A DNA stretch of 34,704 nt from Octopus bimaculoides. Its lineage: Eukaryota. Under the pieces are notes generated by a model, which was not told the DNA's origin, made no database searches, and worked only from the letters and a program-made list of their open reading frames with translations. The stretch lies in the NCBI RefSeq assembly GCF_001194135.2, contig NC_069004.1, positions 22,691,950 through 22,726,653 of the forward strand. The letters are read 5' to 3'. The position numbers and the translations under genes were made by a program. This document shows, piece by piece, positions 11,649 to 23,195 of the stretch (its first letter is position 1; every line of letters starts with the position of its first letter).

Positions 11649-13852
11649 TAGTATAGGAGTGAGTGGAGTTATGATGCTAGAGTACAACTGCTAAAATTCT
11701 ATATGTACATAGATTACTTCGTTTTTATATTAATTTTTTTCCATGTTAGCATAGGTTGGATGGATATGTATATATATATATATATATATATATTACTGAG
11801 GTATTGTTTTATAATTGGATGCCTTTTTTATGTTATTAATGTCTTCAACAGAACAGAGATATGAGATGACTTGTTGACAAGGACAGCAACTATATCACTG
11901 TTTGTTACTCAGCAGATTTTTTGAGAAGCACAAAATGTAAACATTCAAACCAACGCATGCGCATACATGAATGTATATATGCTTGCGTGCATACATATGT
12001 ACATGAATGCATGGTAATGCGTTGGTGATTGTTCCGACTTCACTAATGATTGCTGTCTCCTTGTGCTATTTTGTTGTCAGTGACATTTCTGACTTTCCAT
12101 CTGTGACCTCTCAGATGACTATTCAGTCCCGATGCAGATCTGCAGGTGATAGATGAATACTGTGACTTATTGTGTGCTTCCAACTGGTTAGGCCTGCACA
12201 TGTCACTACACTTCTATTGCCATAGGATTTTCAGTAGATGGAATGACAAATGAGGCATCTTAAAGAGATATCTGTTAGTCATTGGATAATAGTAATAAAC
12301 GCTTGTACATCTCCATGATTAGTAACTAGTGACAGTTAAAGTAAGATGACCAGTAATCATGTGGAACCACAGGTTTTATATCAGTTTCTCTCATCTAGAA
12401 GATGCTGAGAATGTATTGTATATGTATGTATGTATATACATACTCAATCACTTGAGTGTGTGCCTGCAGTTGATACAGAAATTAAAATTGCTATATGTGT
12501 ATCATATAACTCAAGGCATGAATTTCATTTAAGCAGCTGACAATCAAGTCCATGGCATTAACAAGCCTTAAAAAAGATAAAATATGTTTGTCATTCCGGT
12601 GAATCACTGCAGTGATGATTATCTCACTCCAAGATATCTTGTGATTTTACACAAGTCTCTGAAGAGATTCTATCTCAGACAATTCCACTGCATCACGCCT
12701 TCTAAGTGTGCATTCATTTAGTATGATACACAGAGGGCAAGAGTTAATTCAGTACTGTTTCAATTGCATACACTAAGTTCTACAGCCAAGCAAGCTTCTG
12801 CAATACAGTAAATGTTTTATTCACACCCTCTTATATATTGATGCATAAATTTTGTTCAATCAGGTGACAATTGCATGCATGGCAGTGACAAGAAAGGTAA
12901 AATGTACCTGTTGTTATTGAGAGTCACCACAACAATAGTGTTCACCTCACTTCGATATATATTGTGGTTTTAAACACAAACAACATCATTGATTTCCAAT
13001 ATTCTGCAAAAAAGATGTTTGGTGATAAGAAAATATTACTTTGATTGGAAGCAGGTGAGGGTTGGCAAAAAGGAAGCATGTCTGGTTATTGAAAATCTTC
13101 TTCTATAAACTCTGTCCAACTCATGCCAGCATGGAAAAGTAGCTGTTAAAATGATGACAGTTTTGTATATGTCATTAACAAACGATAAAAGAATATTTAT
13201 TACCCTTAAAGTAGAAAAATATAATGTTGAGTCTGTTATATTGTTCAGACATAACTAATCCAATTGTCTGGGTTAGGGTTAGGGTTAGTTGGTTGTATGA
13301 GCAGCAGGGTAGGAGAGTGGCTGGCTACCCTGAAATCCCTTGACCCATGGTAGTCATTAAGAGAATAATGGGGATCAGAATTAGAGTAACGAATATAGTT
13401 GAGCAACGAGTGGGGGAAGAGGTGAGAGGTGTAAGGAAGAGAGATAGAGAGAGAGAAAGAACTGAGATGTGCATTAAGAAACTTAACAGACCTCATCTGA
13501 CCTTAATTGTTAGTTGGTTTGTATTAATACTAAAATAACATTTTAATCATCTACAAACACACGCACACACACAATTGGGAGTGTATCTGCTCTCCTGTTT
13601 ATTAATCTTCTCTGATATACACACCAAAGGCAATTAATATGATCCATTCACTCACTGTTTTTCCTTAAAACATTGGGGGTTGAGTATATTATAAATCATT
13701 ATAAAGATAGAAAGATAAATAGATAGACAGACAGATAGACACTAGTGGGTCAGTTGCTTTTTAAAGCAGATGACCTTTAAACAAGAAACGTTGATAAAAA
13801 AAGACAAAAAGAAAACACAAGGGAGATAACCAATGTTACAATGCCTATTTTA

Positions 13853-13925
13853 AAATTCCGTCAAGATGTATTTCTTAAAATGTGAACAATGTTCACATTT
13901 TAAGAAATACATCTTGACGGAATTT
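13853..13925. repeat. Perfect palindrome: two 36-bp arms with a 1-nt spacer
   Basis: AAATTCCGTCAAGATGTATTTCTTAAAATGTGAACA (13853-13888), A, then its exact reverse complement (13890-13925). Confidence 0.97.
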
Positions 13926-13939
13926 AAAAATCTCATTTC

Positions 13940-14420
13940 AGCCATTAGACTGTGGCCATGTTGAGGCACTGCCTTGAAGAATTTTTTAGTTGAATGAATC
14001 AACCCCAATTTTTTTTAAAGCTTGATACTTATTCTATCAGTCTCTTTTGCCAAACTACTAAGTTATGGGGATGTAAACACACCAGCATCAGTTGTCAAGT
14101 GGTGGCAAGGAGGGGGACAAATACAGACACACACACACACACACACAATGGGCTTCTTTCAGTATCCATCTACCAAATACACTTACAAGGCTTTGGTCAG
14201 CCTAGAACTGAAGCAGAAGACACTTGCCCAAGGTGCCAAACTGAAGATGTAAACAAACCAGCACTGATTCTCAAGCAGTGATGGTGAGATTAAACACAAT
14301 GACATGCTTCCACACAGTTTGTCTGCCCAATTCACTCATGAGGCTTGGTAAGCTTGGAATGATAATAGAAGACACTTGTCTAAAATGTTGTGCAATGGGA
14401 CTAAGCCTGAAACCACGTGT
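13940..14420 (-). mobile_element. Composite tRNA-derived SINE(s), antisense
   Basis: Reverse complement of the 6907-7310 family: gactgtggccatgttgaggcactgccttgaag..(CA)n..gggcttctttcagt..gaagacacttgcccaagg, with the body repeated at 14290-14420. Confidence 0.75.
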
Positions 14421-15835
14421 TTGCCTGGTGAAGAAAATTTCTGAGGTTTTGTTCTACTACACAATCAAAAGTACCCTGTATGGGTATTCGCAAAGAATAG
14501 TCAGAAACTATCTAGAATACCAAAAACCATATTGTGTTGCATATGATGTTTTCAGTACTGTAGATTACAATTCTGCAAAAAAGAGTGAAAAAAAGTGATA
14601 AGATCCTACCTTCTTTTTGCCATTTTTCAGTTTTGATTTTATTTAAAAAGTTTTTTCTGATTTCTGTTTTAAACATCTGAAATTATGATCCTTCAAAATT
14701 ATGCATAACAAATCTGCAAAAGCTTTTGGAAAAACTTCAAAAGCGAAAAATTATGATGTGTATGTATGTGGAGGTAGGCAATATCCTTAATATGTTTTTT
14801 TTTTATATATATATATTGATTCAAAATCTATGATACTTAAAACATACATATCCAAAGAATTTACAGTTTTTGGTGGACTAGATAGTAAGTTCTGACTTTA
14901 TTCATTATGATCACTTTCTGGGTGATATTCTGCAATATGCTCCATTTGTCATCATTATGTTGTGTGATGACCATGAGCAAGTTTTTGAATGATTGCAGAT
15001 GTGTGAATTTCTTTTCTTTGTGAACTCAAAAAAAAAAAACCAACTTATTTTTCCAGTTTTAAACAGCATCAACATTATCATGATATGCACCCTCTGAAAA
15101 ATATATAAAAACTATAAAGGAGAGAAGGGGACACAAAATTGTTGGACAACATTGCACCTTATTAGCACGGATTAATGAGAGTTCACCATATGTTATAGTA
15201 GATTTGGGACATATATATGAAATATATATATATATATATATTTATAATGCTATCATCACCTTTAATGGGTTGTCATAAACAAAGTAAGCTTATATTTATC
15301 ATTCTTAAACAAGAATATTATTGATTGTGACATTGAAGATGATGGTTGAAACTACAAAGTCAGTGTCAATAATATTCTTGCTTAAGAATAATAAATTTGT
15401 ACCCTACATCAGTTAATGTAAAATTGTTTTAATTATAACTGAACATAAATACAAACATGTGTGCATGTGTGTGTGTGTGTATTAAAATAATGGTCATTAC
15501 TTATAATTTCCTTATTATAGCAAATCTGGCTTACAACTGTTTCCAGTAGTCACTATAGATAGGCTTACTCAATTGGTCTATTGATCAATTGAAGCGAATT
15601 GAAAGACCTAAGAAAATTAATGATACCTTCGTCAAAGCCAATGCTGGAAATAACAAAACAGAGCCCTTGAAGTGCTTTGAATGAATTTAAAGGTAACATA
15701 ATCCAAGGGTAGAGTAAGAAATCCATGAATCAGGTACTCCAAAACAGTCAGAAGGACAAAGATGGTCTGTGTGAGCATGCAGTAAATAGTCAATTCAAAT
15801 AAACAAGCAATTCAAATAAAAACAAACCAAAATAA

Positions 15836-16138
15836 TGAGTGTAAGGATGTGCACAAGAAAAGTATTAGCTTGGCACTTGGTGAAAAGGAGAGAGTTTGAT
15901 GTTTTAAGCATAACGCTTCATTGGAAAGGAGAAAGGGAGAAGTCCAAAGATGGAGAAGAATTCACCAAAGGCACACATGTAGCAATGTAACTACACATGT
16001 GCCGTTGGCAATTTCTTCTCCATCTTTGGACTTTTCCGTTTCTCTTTTCTGAGGAAGTGCTATGCTCAACATGTCAAACTCTCTCCTTTCACTGACCATC
16101 AAGTTAATACATTCCTTGTGCATGCCCTCACATTTGTT
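15836..16138. mobile_element. Fold-back (inverted duplication) element with decayed hammerhead-like motifs, Penelope-like remnant
   Basis: Arms of about 145 bp (15836-15982 and 15991-16138), roughly 75-80% identical by eye, around an 8-nt spacer. Each arm carries a C(T/C)GA.GA-A-stem-GAAAC-GTC-like relic. Confidence 0.65.
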
Positions 16139-16150
16139 NNNNNNNNNNNN

Positions 16151-16195
<45 letters not shown>

Positions 16196-16834
16196 TCATC
16201 ATCATCATCATCATCATTTAATGTCCGTACTGACAACTGGTGTTGGTGTCTCTATGTCCCTGTAACTTAATGGTTTGGCAAAAAGAAACCAATAGAATAA
16301 GTATCGAGTTTTAAAAAAAGTAAGTACTGGGGTTGATTCATTTGACTAAAATTCTTCAAGGCAGTGCCCCAGCATCGACAGTCTAATGACTGAAGCAAGT
16401 AAAAGATAAAAAAAAAAAAAGATATAAATGATGATGATGGGGAGGACGAGGCTATATATGCAAACTGAAACTGATGTCACTGAATATACTGTGCCATAGC
16501 CTACTGCCAGAGTGACATCAGCATCATGCTGACATCTTGTCTGATCTCATAGAGCTGAAAATAAGAAAAAAAAATTGCTGGTATTGCTTTGATAACATAA
16601 ATACCATATAACCTGACTTGATCAATAAAGGCCTAAACATATAAGAGCCATCTTAAATTTTCCTCAAACCTTCCACTCTTCCTCTGAACATCTGATGAGC
16701 TGAACATGTTCTATGCACCTATGAAACTTTATCATATAGAGCTGAGTCAACTGTTATTAACTACATGTAATTCCAACCCATTGTGTTTAGTACCACTTTC
16801 TTTCATTTGTTCACTCACTTGCATATATATATCT

Positions 16835-17105
16835 TTTATCTTTTACTTGTTTCAGTCCTTAGACTACAGCCATGCTAGGGCACTGCCTTGAAGAATTTTT
16901 GGTCAGACTTATTGACCCCACTACTTAGCATTTTTTTGTAAAGCCTGGTACTTATTCTATCACTCGCTTGTATCAAACCACAAAGTTACGAGGATGTAAA
17001 CACATCAACACTGATTGTCAAGCAGTGGTAGGTGACAAGCATGTATACAAACACAGGCACACACACACACACATATGACGGGGTTTCTTTCAGTTTATGT
17101 CTACC
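16835..17105 (-). mobile_element. Composite tRNA-derived SINE, antisense, head missing
   Basis: ttttacttgtttcagtcc..gccatgctagggcactgccttgaag..(CA)n..tttctttcagtttatgtctacca, then an abrupt switch to mariner sequence. Confidence 0.75.
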
Positions 17106-17109
17106 ACAG

Positions 17110-18297
17110 TGAGAGCTAGCAGTGTGCTGAGTGACATCACTGTGTTTACTTCACAAGTTGTGAAATTTGTGTTTTTCAGATCACGTGTATGCTGTAGTCT
17201 GCTATTTTTGTCATGGACAAGAAATTGAAACAAAGAGTCAATTTTGAAATTTTGCATTAAACTTGGGAAGTCTGCTACCGAGACATCAAGTATGTTTAAA
17301 AAAAACTTACAGTGATGAGCAAGGGGGGNNNNNNNNNNACGCAATGTTTCAAGTGGCATGAGTGCTTCAAAGTGGAAGAATGTCCCTAGAAAACGATGAG
17401 TAATCTGGAAGATCTTCCATGAATGTCACCCCTGGAAATGTGGAGAAAATTCATCAGTTTGTGCATGAGGATCATCAGAGGATAATCAACAACGTTGCTG
17501 ATATTGTTGGTCTGTTTTATGGGTCCAAGCAGGCAACCCTAACATCTGAATTGAATATGTAGTGTCTCTGCCAAGTTTGTCCCCCGTCTTCTGACCACTG
17601 AGCAGAATGAACATCACATTGAAGTCTGTCAAGATCTCCGTCAGCATGCTGCTGATGACCCGTCCTTCATGTCAAGGATCATCACTGGTAATGAGAGTCG
17701 GCTCTACAGGTACGACCCTGAGACAAAGCAGCAATCATCACATCTTCATGACCGAGGAAGGCACGACAGAGCCACAGCTCAATCAAGAGTATACTCATCA
17801 TTTTTTTCAACATCCATGGTATTGTGCATCACGAATTCATCCCTCAGGGCCAGACTGTCAATTGAGAGTTCTACTGTAACATTTTGAAGCATTTGAGGGA
17901 GGACATTCGGTAAAAGCAACTAGGTCTATGGAGCACAAAGAATTGGATTCTTCACAATGACAATGCCCCCTGACACCAAGCTCTCCTCAGTCACAAGTTT
18001 CTTGCCCAAAACAACATGGTATCACTAACGCATCCACCCTATTTACCAGATTCAGCATCTGCGGACTTCTGTCTTTTCCTGAACACTATTGTCGAGATCC
18101 AGAGTAAATCGTAGAAACTCCTCAGCTTACTTACAGAAAACAATTTCCAGGCTGGATTCCAAAAGTGGCAGGAATGCTGGGACTGGTGTATTGCTGCACA
18201 AGACCACTATTTCAAAGAAGATTATATTAAAACTTAGGTAAATTATGTTATTTTTTATTAAACATAACCAGTCTGGGAACTTTTTGATACTGTCTCA
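17110..18297 (+). mobile_element. Mariner (Tc1/mariner) transposon, left TIR lost, right TIR present
   Basis: Decayed transposase followed by ccagtctgggaactttttgatactgtctca|TA; the same right end is seen at 32386-32414. Confidence 0.9.
17213..18237 (+). pseudogene. Mariner transposase pseudogene
   Basis: MDKKLKQRV..KFCIKLGKSATET; SAKFVPRLLT.EQ; MSRIITGNES.LYRYDPETKQQSS; LHNDNA; HPPYLPD; FQKWQECWDWCIAAQDHYF. Multiple stops and frameshifts; the first catalytic D reads N (TGNE). Confidence 0.9.
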
Positions 18298-19289
18298 TAT
18301 ATATATATATATATATANNNNNNNNNNNNNNNNNNNNNNNNNNNNNNNNNNNNNNNNNNNNNNNNNNNNNNNNNNNNNNNNNNNNNNNNNNNNNNNNNNN
18401 NNNNNNNNNNNNNNNNNNNNNNNNNNNNNNNNNNNNNNNNNNNNNNNNNNNNNNNNNNNNNNNNNNNNNNNNNNNNNNNNNNNNNNNNNNNNNTCTATAG
18501 AGGGCAGAAATGGAGAAAACATCTTGAAACAGGAAATTTAATAGTAGAACCCTTTGAAGACATACACACACTTACCCACCCACCCACTCACACAAGCTGA
18601 TACATTCTCTTTCTCTCTCTCTCACTACTCATACTCCCACACACCTGTACAGCAGCCAGATTAGTTCCACAAACAATAGAACAATCAAATATTGTGGTCA
18701 GCAGTGGAGCTGCTGCGACTGCTGCTGTGGTCATTAATTGACCACTATATGTCTGGTCTGTGATTCGTGATATTCTGTGATTCCACTGGAATAATCAATC
18801 GGTGTTGTGTATATATGTATGTATAATAATGGCAACCAATTTATCAGTCCCTTTGTTCTGCTTTGATGATACAATAGCAATCGTTTGTCATTGTAAGAAG
18901 CTAGATCGTCTCTGTTTAACAAACAAGCTTGTCGTCAACATCAGCACCACCAATATCACATCATCATCATCATCACTAATACATCATCATCGTCTTCATC
19001 TCTAACACCATCATCATCATCTTCATCTCTAACACCATCATCATCATCTTCATCACCACCTTCATCATCACTATCACCATTATCACTATCACCATCTTCA
19101 CCACCACCACCATCCTCATTATTACCGTCATCATCACCAGCATCTGTTGCAATAATCACTGAAAGTTGTCAGTCAAAGACAGAAGCTTTGATGTAGTTCT
19201 TCCTTGTTTTTCTGCTGTCGTTTTGCCTCAGGTCAACTCTGATTGAGCAGACCTGTTACCAAAGGCATTACAATCATGACCATCCATCT

Positions 19290-19680
19290 GGTTAAGAAGC
19301 TTGCTTTACAACCACATGATTTCCTGTTCAGTCACACTGCATGGTACCTTGGGCAAGTGTCTTCTACTATAGCCCTAGGCTAATCAATGCCTTGTTAGTG
19401 AATCTGGAAGACGGAAACTGTGTGGAAGCCATCACATGTGAGTTTGTGTCTGCCTCTCTTTGTGTCTGTACATGTTACCCTGCCTACGGCGTGACACCCA
19501 AAGTTGGATGCTTAGACGCAGGCATAGCTGTGTGGTAAGAAGCTTGCTTCTGAATCATATCGCTCTGGGTTCAGTTCCACTGCAAGGCACCTTGGGCAAG
19601 TGTCTTCTACTATAGCCTCAGGCCAACCAGAGCCTTGTGAATAGATTTGGTAGATAGAAACTGAAAGAAGCTGTCATATA
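19290..19680 (+). mobile_element. Two tandem tRNA-derived SINE heads
   Basis: The aagaagcttgct..ttcagt..cttgggcaagtgtcttctactatagcc..gaaactg motif occurs at about 19290-19430 and 19518-19680. Confidence 0.8.
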
Positions 19681-19739
<59 letters not shown>

Positions 19740-19880
19740 GTAGCTGTAGAAACTCTGCCAAATCAGATTGGAGCCTGGTGTTGCCATCCAGTTTCACCAG
19801 TCCTCAGTCAAATCATCCAACCCATGCTAGCATGGAAAACGGACGTTAAACGATGATGGTGATGATGATGATGATGATAC
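19740..19880 (+). mobile_element. SINE 3' end with (GAT)n tail
   Basis: agctgtagaaactctgccaaatcagattggagcctggtgttgccatcc..gcatggaaaacggacgttaaacgatgatg; near reverse complement of 34502-34635. Confidence 0.85.
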
Positions 19881-20409
19881 ACCTCAGTAAGCACATAAAT
19901 GTGAAACAAGGTGGGGAAAAATAGTATTTGAATATTTGAGGTAGAGTAATATGCTTTATTATTTAAGCTGCAAAAGCATCACAAAAATATCATAACTGCC
20001 CAATGAACAGGAACGTGAAACTCTGAGTAGCAGTTTTTTTGTGATATTTTTGCAATGTTTTTGCAGCTTTAATAATAAAGTATGTATGTGTAAATTCCAA
20101 CTATATATGTATATATGTCTATGTGTGTGTGTCTTTGTGTCTATGCTTGTTCCCCACCCCACCACTTGACAACCAGTGTTGGTGTGTTTATTAGCAGTTC
20201 AGCAAAAAAGATCAATTGAATATATATAACAAGCTTAAAAAAAAAAGAGGTCCTAGGCTTGATCTGTTTGACTAAAACTCTTCAAGGCGATACCTTGGCA
20301 TGGCTACGGTCCAATGACTGAAACAAGTGAAATATGAACGGTGTATAGGAAACAACGAATGATATACTGTGAATATTTTTATTTTTAAGATAGTGGCAGG
20401 ATTGAGTGA

Positions 20410-21140
20410 AGGTGCATAGCCAAGTGGTTAGGTTGTTAGGCCCATGATCATAAATCCATGGGTTCAATCCCTGAACCAAACAGCATATACACTTGTGCAT
20501 TGTACTTCATTTCATGTTGCACCATTCTGTCATTCTGTCCAGGTTGTCTATATTTGTGCCTTCCTTATCTTGATATCTGCTTCTGAGCTGCTCACCCAAC
20601 CACCTGGGTACTTGAAGTTTTCAACAGCATTCAATTTGGAACTGCTCAAAGCGAACAGTTCAGCATCTCTTGATTGGTCGAAAGACATGTATTCAGTTTT
20701 CTTGACATTGTGTGCAATCCTGTTTTAACAGCTAATGTTTATACTCTGCTGCAACAGCTGTTGAGCTTGATCTATTTCATCAGATATCAGTGCTATATCA
20801 TATACAAATGACCCTAAATGTGAAATGGCAGCAACATATGACAAATGAATACTTTTAAGGAGACCTGCCAAAAGTTAGTGAGAAGATCAAGCAAAGATCA
20901 AAGCAACTGTCTGGTCACTTCACGTGGAGCCCACTTCATGGTGATGTAAGAAGAAGAAGAAGAAAGTGTCATCACACTTAGATTGACAACTTGATCGCAG
21001 ACACTGACCTGGAATGTATCCAGGACCTCGAGGCAATAATGTTGGACAAAGAGGTGTGGTGAGTGGCCTTTATTGCTGCAGCCTAGGTTGGAACCTAACC
21101 ATTAAAAAAAAAGGTGTCTACCCAGATGTAATGAGTACTA
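20410..21140 (+). mobile_element. tRNA-derived SINE split by a LINE insertion
   Basis: SINE head up to ..acttcatttcatgttgcacc (20410-20523) resumes after the LINE poly-A as gtctacccagatgtaatgagtactag. The uninterrupted copy at about 22650-22700 reads ttcatgttgctttaatctaatcatctgaaaatgaatactag. Confidence 0.65.
20525..21112 (+). mobile_element. RTE/RTE-X-like LINE fragment with 5' inversion
   Basis: Minus strand 20808 to 20525 reads FVYDIALISDEIDQAQQLLQ..NVKKTEYM..VENFKYPGGWVSSSEADIKIRKAQ (RT FADD region). Plus strand 20808-21090 reads MTLNVKWQQHMTNE..GDLPKVSEKIKQR..LSGH..WSPLHG..IDNLIADTDLE..LEAIMLDKEVW, followed by an A9 tail at 21104-21112. Confidence 0.85.
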
Positions 21141-21148
21141 GACACACA

Positions 21149-21214
<66 letters not shown>

Positions 21215-21234
21215 CCAATTATTATATCCTAGAT

Positions 21235-21465
21235 CAGTGGTTCTCACCTGGGGTTTATATGACCATTGGAAATCCATATGACCCCTGGGTGTCCATATAA
21301 GATGTTTTTTTGTAAAATTTATATGCAAGAAATTGGTTATATATTTCTACAATACACCAAATATTTTAACAATTTTTTTATACTATTCCTAATAATATTT
21401 AATTATAATATAATAAATTTTTTTTAGATATTGAATGGTTCTGAGGGTCCACCTGAATAAAATAG
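21235..21465 (+). mobile_element. hAT/Charlie-like MITE, one end only
   Basis: Starts cagtggttctcacctgggg (hAT-Charlie TIR type); the right end is replaced by a SINE at about 21480. Confidence 0.5.
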
Positions 21466-22689
21466 GAATCAGTTCAGAAGAGGGGTAAGTCAATTACATC
21501 AACCCCAGGGCTCAGCTGGTACTTATTTTAGTAATCCCTAAAGGATGAAAGACAAAGTCAACCTTGGTGGAATGAACTCAGAATGTAAAGATTGACGAAA
21601 TGCCACTAAGCATTTTGTCGAGAATGCTAATGATTCTTCAAGCTCACTGCCTTAAAATGCAGAAAATAACGACAGGATGGTCATGCCTAGAATGCTTTTG
21701 ATCATATATCTACTTAGTCTGAAACGATTTGGGGTTGAACAGCAAATTTTTACAGCTAACCAAAGAGAATGCATCTTTGCTGCATAAAATGTAGTTGGAG
21801 ATAAATACTATGTGTGAATAAAAGATAACTGGAACATCTTTTCTGGTTGGCTTTTCTGCTATATCAGAGATAACCTGGGGCTAATCGACAACAGCAATTG
21901 CAAAAATATATACTCAATAGCAACAACAATAATTACAGAAGCAGCAGCAGCAACAACAAAAGGATGACATTCATACAATAAAGATTATTTTTGTTTTATC
22001 CTTTTTTGTTTTTAGTTTTGTTTTTTAATTTATTCAAGCTAACATCTAATTAATTAGTAAATTCATGCACACACCCTTATTATCCTCACCAACATGACAG
22101 TCAGGTGCCTTGGAGCTAGGAAGAAGCAGGGTGGATTAATGAAATATTTATGAATTTTGTCAGTTTTAAAAATATTACTTTTTTGCTTTTTGTTGTATTG
22201 TAATGTCTTTTTCATAAATTTAGAATGAATTTAAAAATAAAAAGGTAAAAAAGAAATTAATATGCAGAAACATAGGCACAGGTGTGGCTGTGTGGTAAGA
22301 AGTTTGCTTCCCAATCACATGGTTCTGGGTTTAGTCCCACTGCATAGCACCTCAGGCTGACCAATGCCTTGTGAGTGGATTTGGTAGGTGGAAACTGAAA
22401 GAAGCCCATTATATATATATGTGTGGTGTTATTGTAGTAGTAGTAATAGTAGTAGTAGTAGTAGTAGATGATGATAACTGAAAGACTGAGAGAGTCCAAA
22501 ACTGTTTCAGTGACAGGTATTGATGAGTGTTCTTTAAGTCATTCTTCACCGGGGCAATAGTTGACATTGTATGACCTAGTGGTTAAGGTATTCAGCTCCT
22601 GATCATAAAGTTGTGGGTTCAATTCCTAGACCAGTGTCATTGAACAAGGCACTTCATTTCATGTTGCTTTAATCTAATCATCTGAAAAT

Positions 22690-23195
22690 GAATACTAGCC
22701 AAATGCTGGTGTAACCCTCTTTGGGTTGAGAGGGTATCTATGTCTGATTACAGCCACACAGGCACCTGAAATAATTAGTGAAAACATGGTAATTGTAGTT
22801 GTGGCCGATGCTAGTGCTGCCTGACTGGCACCCATGCCAGTGGCACATAAAAAGCACCATTCGAACATGGCCAATGCCAGGACTACCTGACTGGCACTCA
22901 TTCCAGTGGCATGTAAAAAGCACCATTCAAGTATGACCCGTGTTATTGGCACATAAAATGCACCATTCAAGCGTGGCTGATACCAGTGCCACCTGACTGG
23001 CTCCTATGCTGGTGGCATGTAAAAGCACCAGCTACACTCTCAGAGTGGTTGGCATTAGGAAAGGCATTCAGCTGTAGAAACCTTGCCAAATCAGATTGGA
23101 GCCTGGTGCAGCCTCCTGGCTTGCTAGTCCTCAGTCAAACTGTCCAACCCATGCTGACATAGAAAGCTTATGTTAAACGACAATGATGATGATGG
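22690..23195 (+). mobile_element. SINE with internal ~66-bp tandem units and (GAT)n tail
   Basis: Units cctgactggca..gtggca(c/t)(a/g)taaaaagcaccattc at 22801-23029, followed by ggcattaggaaaggcattcagctgtagaaac..gttaaacgacaatgatgatg. Confidence 0.8.

Noticed and set aside
16689-16735. CTGATGAGCTG...GAAAC hammerhead-like words
   Set aside because: Stem II and stem I do not pair and no valid NUH/stem III follows; at best a fully decayed relic.
18980-19050. 27-bp tandem duplication (catcatcatc.tcttcatctctaacac); also the 17-bp repeat at 32722/32750
   Set aside because: Local slippage duplications in low-complexity or SINE sequence. There are no unique spacers, so this is not a CRISPR-like array.
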